Below are positions 53,571-64,000 of a stretch of DNA of 64,000 nt, piece after piece. The DNA is taken from positions 35,216,001 through 35,280,000 of the forward strand of contig NC_043013.1 of assembly GCF_006345805.1 (NCBI RefSeq), read 5' to 3'. The notes under the pieces are model-generated. The model ran no database searches. It was not told where the DNA came from and saw nothing but the letters and a program-made list of their open reading frames with translations. The DNA comes from Octopus sinensis (Eukaryota). Position numbers and translations under genes: made by a program. How positions within the stretch are numbered: position 1 is the stretch's first letter; the number at the start of each line of letters is the position of its first letter.

Positions 53571-54334
53571 TAAAAATATACTAATGCAAGCAGACATATA
53601 TATGCACACATTTGCAATCAGGTGCACACACACACACATGTTCATGCACACCCATACACCCTAACACACACACACACACACACACACAAATAATATATAT
53701 ATATAAAGATCAAACCTTTGTGTTGAAAGGTTAGCGTCCATATGCAACAGCAACGCTGAGTCACTTCCTCCCTCAAGCTCGTTATAATACGTCACCTTTT
53801 CTTTTCGGTGTTTGGGGTTTGGCTTCATTTATTATTTCTCCCACCACCACCACCACCACCCACCTTTTTCTTAATGGTTCCCCCCTTCCACCCACCCCCA
53901 CCTGTGTTTTTACTTTAATTAAAGTTAAAATATATCACTTTCTTGCTTCTTATTCTCTTTTCTCCGTTTTTCGTTTGTTTTTGTTTTCATTTTGTTTTGT
54001 TGTGTTGTTTTTTTTTTTTTTTTTTTTTTTTTTTTTGTAACTTTTCATTCAATATTTGCAATGGAAGGAGATATATTTAGAAACTATTTTCTTGTCAAAG
54101 GAAAAATTATTCTGTATCCTTTGTTTAATTTTTGGAAAACCTTTAATGGAGATATGTCTTGATAAAGCATATGTTAGCTAGCTCTGCCTTGCATATATAC
54201 TCTTCATATATGGCTGCATTTAAAAGTCTTTACAGCAGTTATATATACTTAACTACATACATATTGCATATAAATACCTACATACATGTTATACATATAC
54301 ATATACATACATATATGTAAGTATATATATTTAT

Positions 54335-54377
<43 letters not shown>

Positions 54378-55327
54378 ATATATATATATATAATATACAC
54401 ACTTGCTTTCACATATTTAGGAACAAAGATGTAAAACAAAATGCATTGATAAATGCCCTCACATGTATACATATACATGTGTGTGTGTATGATTGTATGT
54501 GTGTGTGTGTCTATATGCATATATATTCATATATCTATCCATATATATATATACATACATATATATATATAAAAATATACTAATGCAAGCAGACATATAT
54601 ATGCACACATTTGCAATCAGGTGCACACACACACACATGTTCATGCACACCCATACACCCTAACACACACACACACACACACACACAAATATATATATAT
54701 ATAAAGATCAAACCTTTGTGTTGAAAGGTTAGCGTCCATATGCAACAGCAACGCTGAGTCACTTCCTCCCTCAAGCTCGTTATAATACGTCACCTTTTCT
54801 TTTCGGTGTTTGGGGTTTGGCTTCATTTATTATTTCTCCCCACCCACCACCACCACCACCACCCACCTTTTTCTTAATGGTTCCCCCCTTCCACCCACCC
54901 CCACCTGTGTTTTTTTACTTTAATTAAAGTTAAAATATATCACTTTCTTGCTTCTTATTCTCTTTTCTCCGTTTTTCGTTTTGTTTTTGTTTTCATTTTG
55001 TTTTGTTGTGTTGTGTTGTTTTTTTTTTTTCTTTTTGTAACTTTTCATTCAATATTTGCAATGGAAGGAGATATATTTAGAAACTATTTTCTTGTCAAAG
55101 GAAAAATTATTCTGTATCCTTTGTTTAATTTTTGGAAAACCTTTAATGGAGATATGTCTTGATAAAGCATATGTTAGCTAGCTCTGCCTTGCATATATAC
55201 TCTTCATATATGGCTGCATTTAAAAGTCTTTACAGCAGTTATATATACTTAACTACATACATATTGCATATAAATACCTACATACATGTTATACATATAC
55301 ATATACATACATATATGTAAGTATATA

Positions 55328-55384
<57 letters not shown>

Positions 55385-55560
55385 ATATATATATATAATA
55401 TACACACTTGCTTTCACATATTTAGGAACAAAGATGTAAAACAAAATGCATGATAAATGCCCTCACATGTATACATATACATGTGTGTGTGTATGATTGT
55501 ATGTGTGTGTGTGTCTATATGCATATATATTCATATATCTATCCATATATATATATACAT
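53571..55560. repeat. ~1-kb near-perfect tandem duplication
   Basis: The unit starting AAAAATATACTAATGCAAGCAG begins at about 53572 and again at about 54571. Differences are almost all homopolymer or microsatellite indels. Confidence 0.9.
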
Positions 55561-55644
55561 ATATATATGTGTGTGTATATAAATATATATATATATACAT
55601 ACATATATATATACACATATATATATACACATATATATATACAC

Positions 55645-55682
<38 letters not shown>

Positions 55683-56051
55683 TTCCTGATTATACACATT
55701 CCATGCATAAGAGGGAGTGTTCACATGAGTGATGGATAGAGAGAAAGATTTAGATAGAGCAATGTAGATAAAGAGAGAGAGAGAGAGAACAAAAGGGAGA
55801 GACAGGGTGAATGATAGGAAAGAATAAAAAAAAAGTGTAGTGATTATAAATGTAGATAGGTAAGTAGATGGATAGATAAAAGAATAGATAGATGAAAAGC
55901 TATCATAAATCTACTTAAACAGCTACAAAATTAACACACACACACACACACACATACACACACTCACACATACACACACACACATACACACACACCATAC
56001 ACACACACACACTTCTCTACATACACTATATATAATATATATATATACATA

Positions 56052-56087
<36 letters not shown>

Positions 56088-56557
56088 GGTATGTATGTAT
56101 AAGCTTATATATATTCATACAAACACACATCTACACACGTGTATGTATATATATATATATACGTAATGTTGAGCATTCAGGATATTTTTATCAATATGAC
56201 TCTATGCTGCATCGTGTATATTCCCTTTGGTAAAAATGAAGTAAAAAGATAAATTAATGAAAAGAAAAAAAAATATTGAACCAAAAACTAAGACAAAAAA
56301 AAAAGCAAAAATAGAAACAAACAAAATGAGAACAATAAATAAGTAGTGAAACATACAGCTAATGATATTATTATACAAACATACATACACCCACAAACAT
56401 TCACATACATATATATAACCTATTTAACCAGTGCCCAACATCACTTCTTTTTGCATCCTTACTATATTTTTTCTTTTGGCATTTTTCATTGCACTTTGTT
56501 TTGTGCTGTAGTTGTTTTATATATATATATATATATATTTTTTTTTTCCTTTTCTAG

Positions 56558-56678
56558 TAATCAAGTTGAGAAAATGAAAATGAAAGTAGTGGAAGTGAAC
56601 GTGGAAACAAAGATGGTAATCAGAATTCATTTCACTAATGTCAATGTTCAGCTGGCACTATCTTTGATCCCCAAGAAT
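56558..56678 (+). other. Candidate exon (121 nt); open frame NQVEKMKMKVVEVNVETKMVIRIHFTNVNVQLALSLIPKN
   Basis: Strong acceptor TTTTTTTTTTCCTTTTCTAG| and consensus donor AAT|GTAAGT, in a unique island between microsatellites. No recognised homology. Confidence 0.4.
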
Positions 56679-56825
56679 GTAAGTATGAATACACACACAC
56701 ACACCAAACACATACACATATATATATATATACACACACACATACATATATATATAAAGTTAGATAGATAGACAGATAGATAGGTAGATAAATAGACAGA
56801 TAGATAGACATCTATACATTCATAC

Positions 56826-56860
<35 letters not shown>

Positions 56861-57633
56861 AGAAGAGAGAGACACAGAAGAGGGAATGAGAGCTCCTGCT
56901 ACAAACAGCTACATTTATGCTCTAGAAACTAGACGAGCGCATTAACTTGCTCAGAGGAGACTGTATGCGGACTGAATAGAATGATGAATTCCAAGTAATT
57001 TACTGTTCATCAAGCAGACATACTTTATTGTAAATTCATAGCACAGGACAACAACAGCAGCAAGAAAAAGAACAAGAACAAGAAATGAAAGAAAGAAAAG
57101 GAAAGAGAAGTAAAAGAAGAAAAAATTACTTATCTAGAGGACAAAAGAGACCATATATTCTAATTTGTTGGTCTAAAGATGTTTTGGATAGTGAGATTGC
57201 TAAGTACAGAATATTAATTTAATTAAAAGCTAGATAAGAATCTTCAGACAAACATTTTCTATAGTGCTTTGTTTTGTTGTTTTTTTTTCTATATATATTT
57301 ATAGTGTTTCTTCTTACTTTCCTTTTTTTTTTATTTTGTTTTCTCTCTTTTTCTTTCTTTACTTATGTCTTAGCTAATATTATCAGATATAGAAGAGAAG
57401 AGGAAGACAGAAAGAAAGGCTAAGCAAGAAAGTAATTGGTAATTCGTACTTGTCAGACGAGAATCTTAATTGCTAATCCAATGCTTTTGTTAGCCTCTGT
57501 GAATGCTTTGTTGCATATTTCTTTAATTTTGTCTGCTTGAAAATTCTTGTTAGCAAGAGAAATTCAATTGCTATAAATGAATTTTTATGGTTATTTGTGC
57601 TTGACAACATATATATACATACATATATATATG

Positions 57634-57704
<71 letters not shown>

Positions 57705-57859
57705 GTACATGTGCTCTTGTGTCAAAGCATCATCCACCTGGTTCACAAACCTAACTGATCTGCTCTGGATAACTGTACAAGGTTGCCAATTGCTGTTGTT
57801 TATCATTGTTTTTTTTTAATATTATCAACATCATTTCCGTTTATTATCATTACTGTTAG

Positions 57860-57865
57860 ATGCAG
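57860..57865 (+). other. Candidate 6-nt microexon ATGCAG
   Basis: ...TTATTATCATTACTGTTAG|ATGCAG|GTGAGT: perfect donor and frame-preserving length. Confidence 0.25.
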
Positions 57866-58675
57866 GTGAGTTAATGCAAAATAAATAGGAGAAAACTGGT
57901 TCAATATCATATTCAGTTTTTTGTCTGTCTCTTTTCTACACCCAAATGATGTTGTTGTCGGAGCCTGTTGTGATGTCTCCAACATCAAAATTGATTAATG
58001 GAAACGAAACAGGGTTCAAATAAGTACCAGATTTGTGAAAAAAAAAAAAAAGAGATGTTAAGTCAAAGCAACTGTATATTATTAACATTAGGAAATAAGA
58101 ACATTTTTAATGTTTTCAAATAGCATTTCTTTATGCTTTTTCTTTTAACGAGTTTATTTTAGTTTTATTTTTACACCAGTTGGGTTAAGAATCAAATATA
58201 CAAGAAATAATATTGCTAGATGTTCAAATTTTAACATCTGTACAAATACAAGTAATAATATATTTATTCTCTGAAGAAAATTTGTTATCTAGTATTTCTT
58301 ACTTTTTTTTTTTGTTTTTTGTTTTTGTCATCACTTAATCTATTATGGACAAATAAATGAGACATCTGGACAGGATACTTATTTTTCTCTTAAATATTCA
58401 AAATATGAATGTTATCTAGACATGGAAACACTTTGGAATTGGTTTTAGTGTTATGGCAATAAAAGATGAGATATAAATCTTCAAGGGATATTGACGTTCC
58501 TACATAAGTGATTCCTGTACATGACAGCTTGGTGAACTGAAGAAATGTGGAATAAAGGATTCTACACAGAAAAAGCTCAAACAACTGAAGCAGATTTGAA
58601 CTTAATGTTGATGACTATCTACTCGTATCTTAATTTCATTTATCTCTTTTCAACCACCTACTAGAAAATTAAACC

Positions 58676-58818
58676 AGAGTTCAAATTCCACCGAGGTTGG
58701 CTTTGCTGTTTATCCTTTCAGGGTCGATAAAATAAGTACCAGTTGGGTACTGTGGGTATTGTAATCAACTAACTTCAGCTGCTGAAATTGCTGGCTTTGT
58801 GCCAAAACTTGAAAACAT
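58676..58818 (+). mobile_element. SINE family C, 3' part
   Basis: GAGTTCAAATTCCACCGAGGTTGGCTTTGCTGTTTATCCTTTCAGGGTCGATAAAATAAGTACCAG. Confidence 0.8.
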
Positions 58819-58927
58819 AATTATTATTATTATTATTATTATTATATTATTATTATTATTATTATTATTATCATCATCATCATCATCATCATCATTATTA
58901 TTATTATTATTATCATCATCATCATCA

Positions 58928-58973
<46 letters not shown>

Positions 58974-58977
58974 CATC

Positions 58978-59008
<31 letters not shown>

Positions 59009-59011
59009 ATT

Positions 59012-59381
59012 ATTATTACCGCTACCTTAGTGAAAGCAGAGGTATTCTTTTTCAGTTATGTTTGTTTGTCTGTGGACAAGATATCTCGAGAACCACTGGA
59101 TGGATTCAGATGAAACTTTCAGAAACGTTTGGCCTCATGACTGGCATTAACTGATTATATTATGAAATCAATCTGGTATCGAACAAGGTTTCTGGATTAT
59201 TTTTTCCTGTGATTTTTTACTTAATTTTTGAGAGTGATTGGGTTCATTTTTAGTATTCTCATTTGTGAGAGCAGTCAAGTTTATTTCGGATATTCTCATT
59301 TTAAAAATCATCTGTGGCTAATCGTTGAGAGGACGTCAGTATTACCTTGGCAGGGGTTTGCACTCACTGAGTGTTCTTGTT
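59012..59381 (+). mobile_element. Helentron/DINE-1-like element, second copy
   Basis: Homologous to 45978-46331. 3' CCTTGGCAGGGGT plus hairpin GCACTC-act-GAGTGT. Confidence 0.7.
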
Positions 59382-59406
59382 AGTATTATTATTATTATCA
59401 TCATTA

Positions 59407-59437
<31 letters not shown>

Positions 59438-59514
59438 TATATTATTATTATTATTATTATTATTATTATCATTATTATTATTATTATTATTATTATATTA
59501 TTATTATCATTAAT

Positions 59515-60020
59515 ATTCAGTAGTTTTAATTTTATAATGTGCTTTCACTGCACTACTAAGCACAGCTCTGTGTGCAGTAGGTATGTGCTGTGGTTTGCTG
59601 TGATGCTCTATTGGCTACTGTATTGAAAGCGTTTTGCATAGGATTTGTGCAGTGCCCAGTAGTACAATTTTCTGTCTGGTGTTTTTGTTATGTATTTATC
59701 TGAATATTTTTATCATACATAATGTGCCTACTATGATAAGAATTGTTTCTGTTTTTAGACTCCACGTTCGAGTTACCTCTACTTCCAGGTCTTTGCATTT
59801 TGAAAATTTCTCGATTTCTTTTAGAGAAACGTTGTCATCTGCTGGTATTGATACATCAATTAGAAAGCATTTTTTTTTCTTCATGATCTCTGACAACTAT
59901 ATCTAGCTTATTGGCCATAATTTCTCTATCTGTGTGTATTGGAATATCCCATAGAATTGTTACTTATTTTCTGTGACCTCTTCTGGTATCTTTTTTCTGT
60001 TGTTATTCCATAGTATTGGC
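59515..60020 (-). mobile_element. R4/Dong-like REL domain plus 3' UTR
   Basis: ILWDIPIHTDREIMANKLDIVVRDH...KCFLIDVSIPADDNVSLKEIEKFSKCKDLEVEVTRTWSLKTETILIIVG. The 3' end abuts (TAA)n. Confidence 0.85.
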
Positions 60021-60039
60021 ATTATTATTATAATTATTA

Positions 60040-60251
60040 AAGCGGTGAGCTAGCAGAATCATTAGCATGCTAGATGAAATGCTTAGTGATATTTCGCCCA
60101 TTGTTACGTTCTAAGTTCAAATTCCGCTGAGGTTGACTTTGTCTTTCACCCTTTCTGGGTTAATAAAATAAGCTCCAGTTGAACACTGGGGTCGATGCAA
60201 TCAACATAATCCCCTCCCACAAGCTGTCCTGGTGGCAAAGAATAGAAACCA

Positions 60252-60252
<1 letters not shown>
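60040..60252 (+). mobile_element. Full-length SINE family C
   Basis: GCGGTGAGCTAGCAGAATCATTAGC...GTTCAAATTCCGCTGAGGTTGACTTTG...GAAACC followed by (ATT)n. Confidence 0.85.
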
Positions 60253-60282
<30 letters not shown>

Positions 60283-60286
<4 letters not shown>

Positions 60287-60492
60287 TAGTTTTATTTTTA
60301 TAGCGTGCTTTCACTTCACTACCGAGCACAGCTCTGTGTGCCTTGGGTATGTGCTGTGATTTGTTGTGATGCTCTGATGGTTATTGTATGGAAAGTGTTC
60401 TGCGTAGGATGTGTGCAGTGCCTAGTAGTGCAATTTTCTGTATGTTATATGTGTTTGTAAGTCCTGGTGTTTTTGTTATGTATTTGTCTGAA
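60283..60492 (-). mobile_element. 5'-truncated copy of the same R4/Dong-like family
   Basis: IQKIALLGTAHILRRTLSI plus a 3' UTR homologous to 59515-59640. (ATT)n on both sides. Confidence 0.85.
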
Positions 60493-60528
<36 letters not shown>

Positions 60529-60568
60529 GATGATGATGATTATTATTATTATTATTATTATTATTATG

Positions 60569-60618
<50 letters not shown>

Positions 60619-60619
60619 C

Positions 60620-61050
60620 ATTGCCTTTTTCACAGCTTCTAACGCTGGAGATGTACTACAGTGTCGGCTGTTCACTACCAGTGAACTAAGTTAACACCTC
60701 TTATTTTTCAAGCACCATCTGGAGTAATCAAGCGGTTCCAAGCAGTGCTGTTTTCTGCAAGTGCTCCACCCTTATTTCAGCCCCTATTTGTTCCATGTAC
60801 TTCTCAAGATTTTTACTCACTGTTCCCAGGGCTCCAACAGTTATTGGTACTACTACCACCTTTTTCAGTGTCCACAACTGCTTAACCTCCCAAGCTAACC
60901 TGTTATATCTATCGCCTTTTCTTTCTTCCTTATCGCATACCTTGTTGTCAGCTGGGCATACTATATCTATGATCCAGCATAGTTTGCTTTCTTTCTCAAT
61001 TAAGACTATGTCTGGCTTCCTTTTTTCTATTTCATGGTCGCACTCTATAT
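60620..61050 (-). mobile_element. R4/Dong-like REL endonuclease relic
   Basis: DHEIEKRKPDIVLIEKESKLCWIIDIVCPADNKVCDKEERKGDRYNRLAWEVKQLW...VPITVGALG...LQKTALLGTA (PD..D catalytic motif). (ATT)n on both sides. Confidence 0.9.
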
Positions 61051-61111
61051 CTGACTTCCTATTCTCTTACTATTATTATTATTATTATTATTATTATCAT
61101 TATTATTATTA

Positions 61112-61150
<39 letters not shown>

Positions 61151-61856
61151 CATCATTATTATCAGCAGCAGCAGCATCAACATTGGCACCATATTCATAC
61201 CATCATCATCATCATCATTTTATAATTTTACAATTTGACAATCATGTCATAAAAAGTTGACAATCAATAATATAAACGTATTCAAATAATCAGATGACTC
61301 CTTGTACTTTCTGAATTCAAAATTTGCTTAGGATAGCTTTTGCCTTCTTTTTTTTTTTTATCCCTTTGAAGGGAATCAATATAAAATGTATCAATATTGT
61401 ACTGGGTTCAATTCAATCAAACTATAACGACTTCACTGCAAGGCGTGTGACTTTGCACTAATGCGAAATATTGGCATTGTTATTTCTGTCCATTTTTCTA
61501 CATAGCGGTTCTTTGACTTGGCTTGTTCCTCCTTTCACGCATTAAAATATTTTATTTTCCTTCAGCATTTAAATATATTATTTTTTACCACTTAATATGA
61601 ACCTCGTATTTTTCTATTTGTTTCCTTTTTTCTCGGTGTATGATAAAAGTACTTAGTAAAAAAAAAAGCTAAGAATTTCAACAAGTACTGACATGGTTGT
61701 GGGGTTAAGAAGTTTACTTCACAATCAGATGGTTCCTGGTTCATTCCTAATACTAGGCACCTTGAGCAAGGGTGTTCAGATATTGCCTCTGGTTGATTAA
61801 AGTTTTGTTAGTGAATTTGATCGAAGAAACTGTGTGGAAGACCAGTGCATTACTAG

Positions 61857-61991
61857 TACTTATTTAATTGACCCTGAAAGAATGAAAGACAAAGTCGACC
61901 TCGGTGGAATTGGAACTCAGAACGTAATGGCAGACGAAATACCGCTAAGCATTTCGTTCAGCATGCAAACAATTCTGCCAGTTCACCGCCT
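61857..61991 (-). mobile_element. SINE family C, 5' part
   Basis: GACCCTGAAAGAATGAAAGACAAAGTCGACCTCGGTGGAATT...CTGCCAGTTCACCGCC. Confidence 0.8.
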
Positions 61992-62073
61992 GGCATATGT
62001 ATAATTATAATTAAGGGCATAGATTATTATGATGTATAATTATAATTAAGGGCACAGAAAAATTCTAGCCTAT

Positions 62074-62214
62074 ATGCTGAAGATGGATGCTAAATCATCC
62101 AGCAACTTTAAAAGTCATGAATTTTCCATTAGCTTGTTCCCTTGATTTGCACACGTGTATAACTTTGTGATAACTTTTAAAGTGGCTGGACAATTTAACG
62201 TCTATCTTCAGCAT
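62074..62214. mobile_element. ~140-bp MITE-like element with ~41-bp imperfect TIRs
   Basis: Left ATGCTGAAGATGGATGCTAAATCATCCAGCAACTTTAAAAGT; reverse complement of the right end ATGCTGAAGATAGACGTTAAATTGTCCAGCCACTTTAAAAGT. Confidence 0.7.
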
Positions 62215-62307
62215 TCTATATTTCAGATATGAGGAATTATGTACATTATTTATATAATTTACATTATTTATATTTGATGGATATTTGTCCTCATCTTGTT
62301 TGTTGTT

Positions 62308-62353
62308 AACACAACGTTTTGGCTGATATACCCTCCAGCCTTCAGCAGGTGTC
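62308..62353 (-). ncRNA. Degenerate minimal hammerhead motif
   Basis: Minus strand: GACAC-CTGCTGA-A-GGCTG-gagggtatat-CAGCC-AAAAC-GTT-GTGTT. Stems intact; core substitutions A6C and G12A. Confidence 0.6.
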
Positions 62354-62408
62354 ATGGGGAAATTTCGAACCTGGGATCTCATTCCTAAGGTATTTTTTGA
62401 TGTTGTTG

Positions 62409-62461
<53 letters not shown>

Positions 62462-62699
62462 CTCACTGCCTGGAATCAAACTTGGAATCTTGGGGTTAGT
62501 AGCCCATGCTCTTAACCACTATGCCATATGTTTTTATATGTCGGTCATTGAAAAATTTTATAAAAAATTTTATCCTTGATTATTATATTTATATATGTAT
62601 CTCTAACTGTGGAGGGAACCAGAAGAAGAGGTAGACTCAGGAAAAAAATAGGCGAAGTTGGTGAAGTATGATCTTTAGACGTTGCGTCTGACAGAAGTG

Positions 62700-63033
62700 A
62701 TGACAAGCGAGCGAGATCTTTGCCGATTTGGTGTGCTTGTGAAGACTCATCAAGCCTAGTGAATTGATAGTTGTGGCTAGAGTCAGTAACATATAAGAGG
62801 TACTCAAGTTGGTGACACATAAAGGGCACCTGTGCCAGTGACACATAATAGGCACCCATGCCAATGACATGTGAATGATTGCTGTTAGGAAGGGTATCCA
62901 GCCACAGAAACCAAGATAAACCAGACTGGAACTTGGTACAGCTCTCCAGTTTACCAGTTCCAATCAAACCATCTAACCCATACCAGCATGGAAAAATGGA
63001 CGCTAAATGATGAAGGTGATGATGATGATGATA
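62700..63033 (+). mobile_element. Diverged SINE-like family B
   Basis: GTTAGGAAGGGTATCCAGCC...CCCATACCAGCATGGAAAAATGGACGCTAAATGATG. Confidence 0.75.
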
Positions 63034-63324
63034 ATGTAAGTTTGTATGTATATCATTTTCTGTTTTTAATTATTTGAATTTATCCTTTGAAGAAAGAGCT
63101 GGTTTCTGAGAAAGATACAAAGTTCCATCATTGGAATGTAGATAGTGAAAGCACTATCAATGTTTTAAATTTAAGAAAAGTCTTGCAGAGTTTTACTCTT
63201 CCACTTACAGATTATTTGCAATGTGTGAATCAGTTGGTTGATTTCTTTTTCTGAAAATCCAAGATTATCCAGTTAGGAATTTTTTTTACAAAACCATATA
63301 TGTATGTATGTATGTATGTGTGTA

Positions 63325-63712
63325 TACTCTTTACTTGTTTCAGTCATTTGACTGTGGCCATGCCGGAGCACCGCCTTTAGTCAAGCAAATCGAGCCCAGG
63401 ACTTATTCTTTGTAAGCCTAGTACTTATTCTATCGGACTCTTTTGCCGAACTGCTAAGTTCTGGGGATATAAACACACCAGCATCGTTTGTCATGCGATG
63501 TTGGGGTACAAACAGAGACACACAATCATACACACACATATATATATACATATATATGACGGGCTTCTTTCAGTTTCTGTCTACCAAATCCATTCACAAG
63601 GCTTTGGTCGGCCCGAGGCTATAGTAGAAGACACTTGCCCAAGTTGCCATGCAGTGGGATTGAACCTGGAACCATGTGGTTGGTAAGCAAGCTACTTACC
63701 ACACAGCCACTC
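63325..63712 (-). mobile_element. Full-length SINE family A
   Basis: Homologous to 2121-2552. Confidence 0.9.
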
Positions 63713-64000
63713 TTATGTATGTATGTTTGCATGTATGTCTGTACATATGTATGTATATTTGCATGTTTGTGTGTTTGTATGTATGTATGTATGTATGTGT
63801 GTGTGTATGTATGTATGTATGTATGTGTGTGTGTATGTATGTATGTATGTATGTGTGTGTGTATGTATGTATGTATGTATGTATGTATGTATGTTTGTAT
63901 GTATGTATGTGTGTGTGTGTCTTTGTGCCCCCACTGCTGTTCAGCTGGTGTTACTTTGTTTACATCCATGTAACTTAGAAGTTTGGTAAAAAGGCACCAA

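Noticed and set aside
62074-62120. CTGAAGA-TGGATG/CATCCA-GCAAC hammerhead-like motif
   Set aside because: GAAA is broken, stem I is out of register, and the sequence is the left TIR of a MITE mirrored at 62172-62214.
498-63989. Numerous ORFs of YIYI/MYVC/poly-I/poly-T/poly-L/poly-Y type
   Set aside because: They are translations of (TA)n, (TATG)n, (ATT)n and (CTA)n microsatellites, open only because the repeats lack stops.
1-64000. Conserved bilaterian miRNAs, rRNA or snRNA
   Set aside because: None recognised by eye in the unique islands. Lineage-specific miRNAs cannot be excluded without small-RNA data.

Overview
AT-rich, microsatellite-saturated eukaryotic DNA, apparently intronic or intergenic. 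The repeat landscape looks like an octopod cephalopod (Octopus-like), but that is inferred from repeat style and not verified. I recognise no intact host gene, and most ORF-track entries are translations of simple repeats. The window is a mosaic of: several tRNA-headed SINE families; REL-endonuclease non-LTR relics (R4/Dong-like and one CRE-like); RTE relics; Penelope-like (PLE) RT and GIY-YIG relics; an internally deleted mariner; two Helentron/DINE-like elements; a MITE; a possible solo LTR; and two near-perfect tandem duplications that may be assembly artefacts. The main hidden signal is six minimal type I hammerhead ribozyme motifs plus one half-motif. They belong to several sequence-unrelated short elements, most next to (TA)n arrays, and share an extra A after the CUGANGA box. 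The mobile elements also appear to partition by microsatellite target: R4/Dong in (TAA)n, and RTE and hammerhead elements in (TA)n. A few splice-bounded candidate exons, including a possible 6-nt microexon, hint at a long-intron host transcript but are weakly supported.
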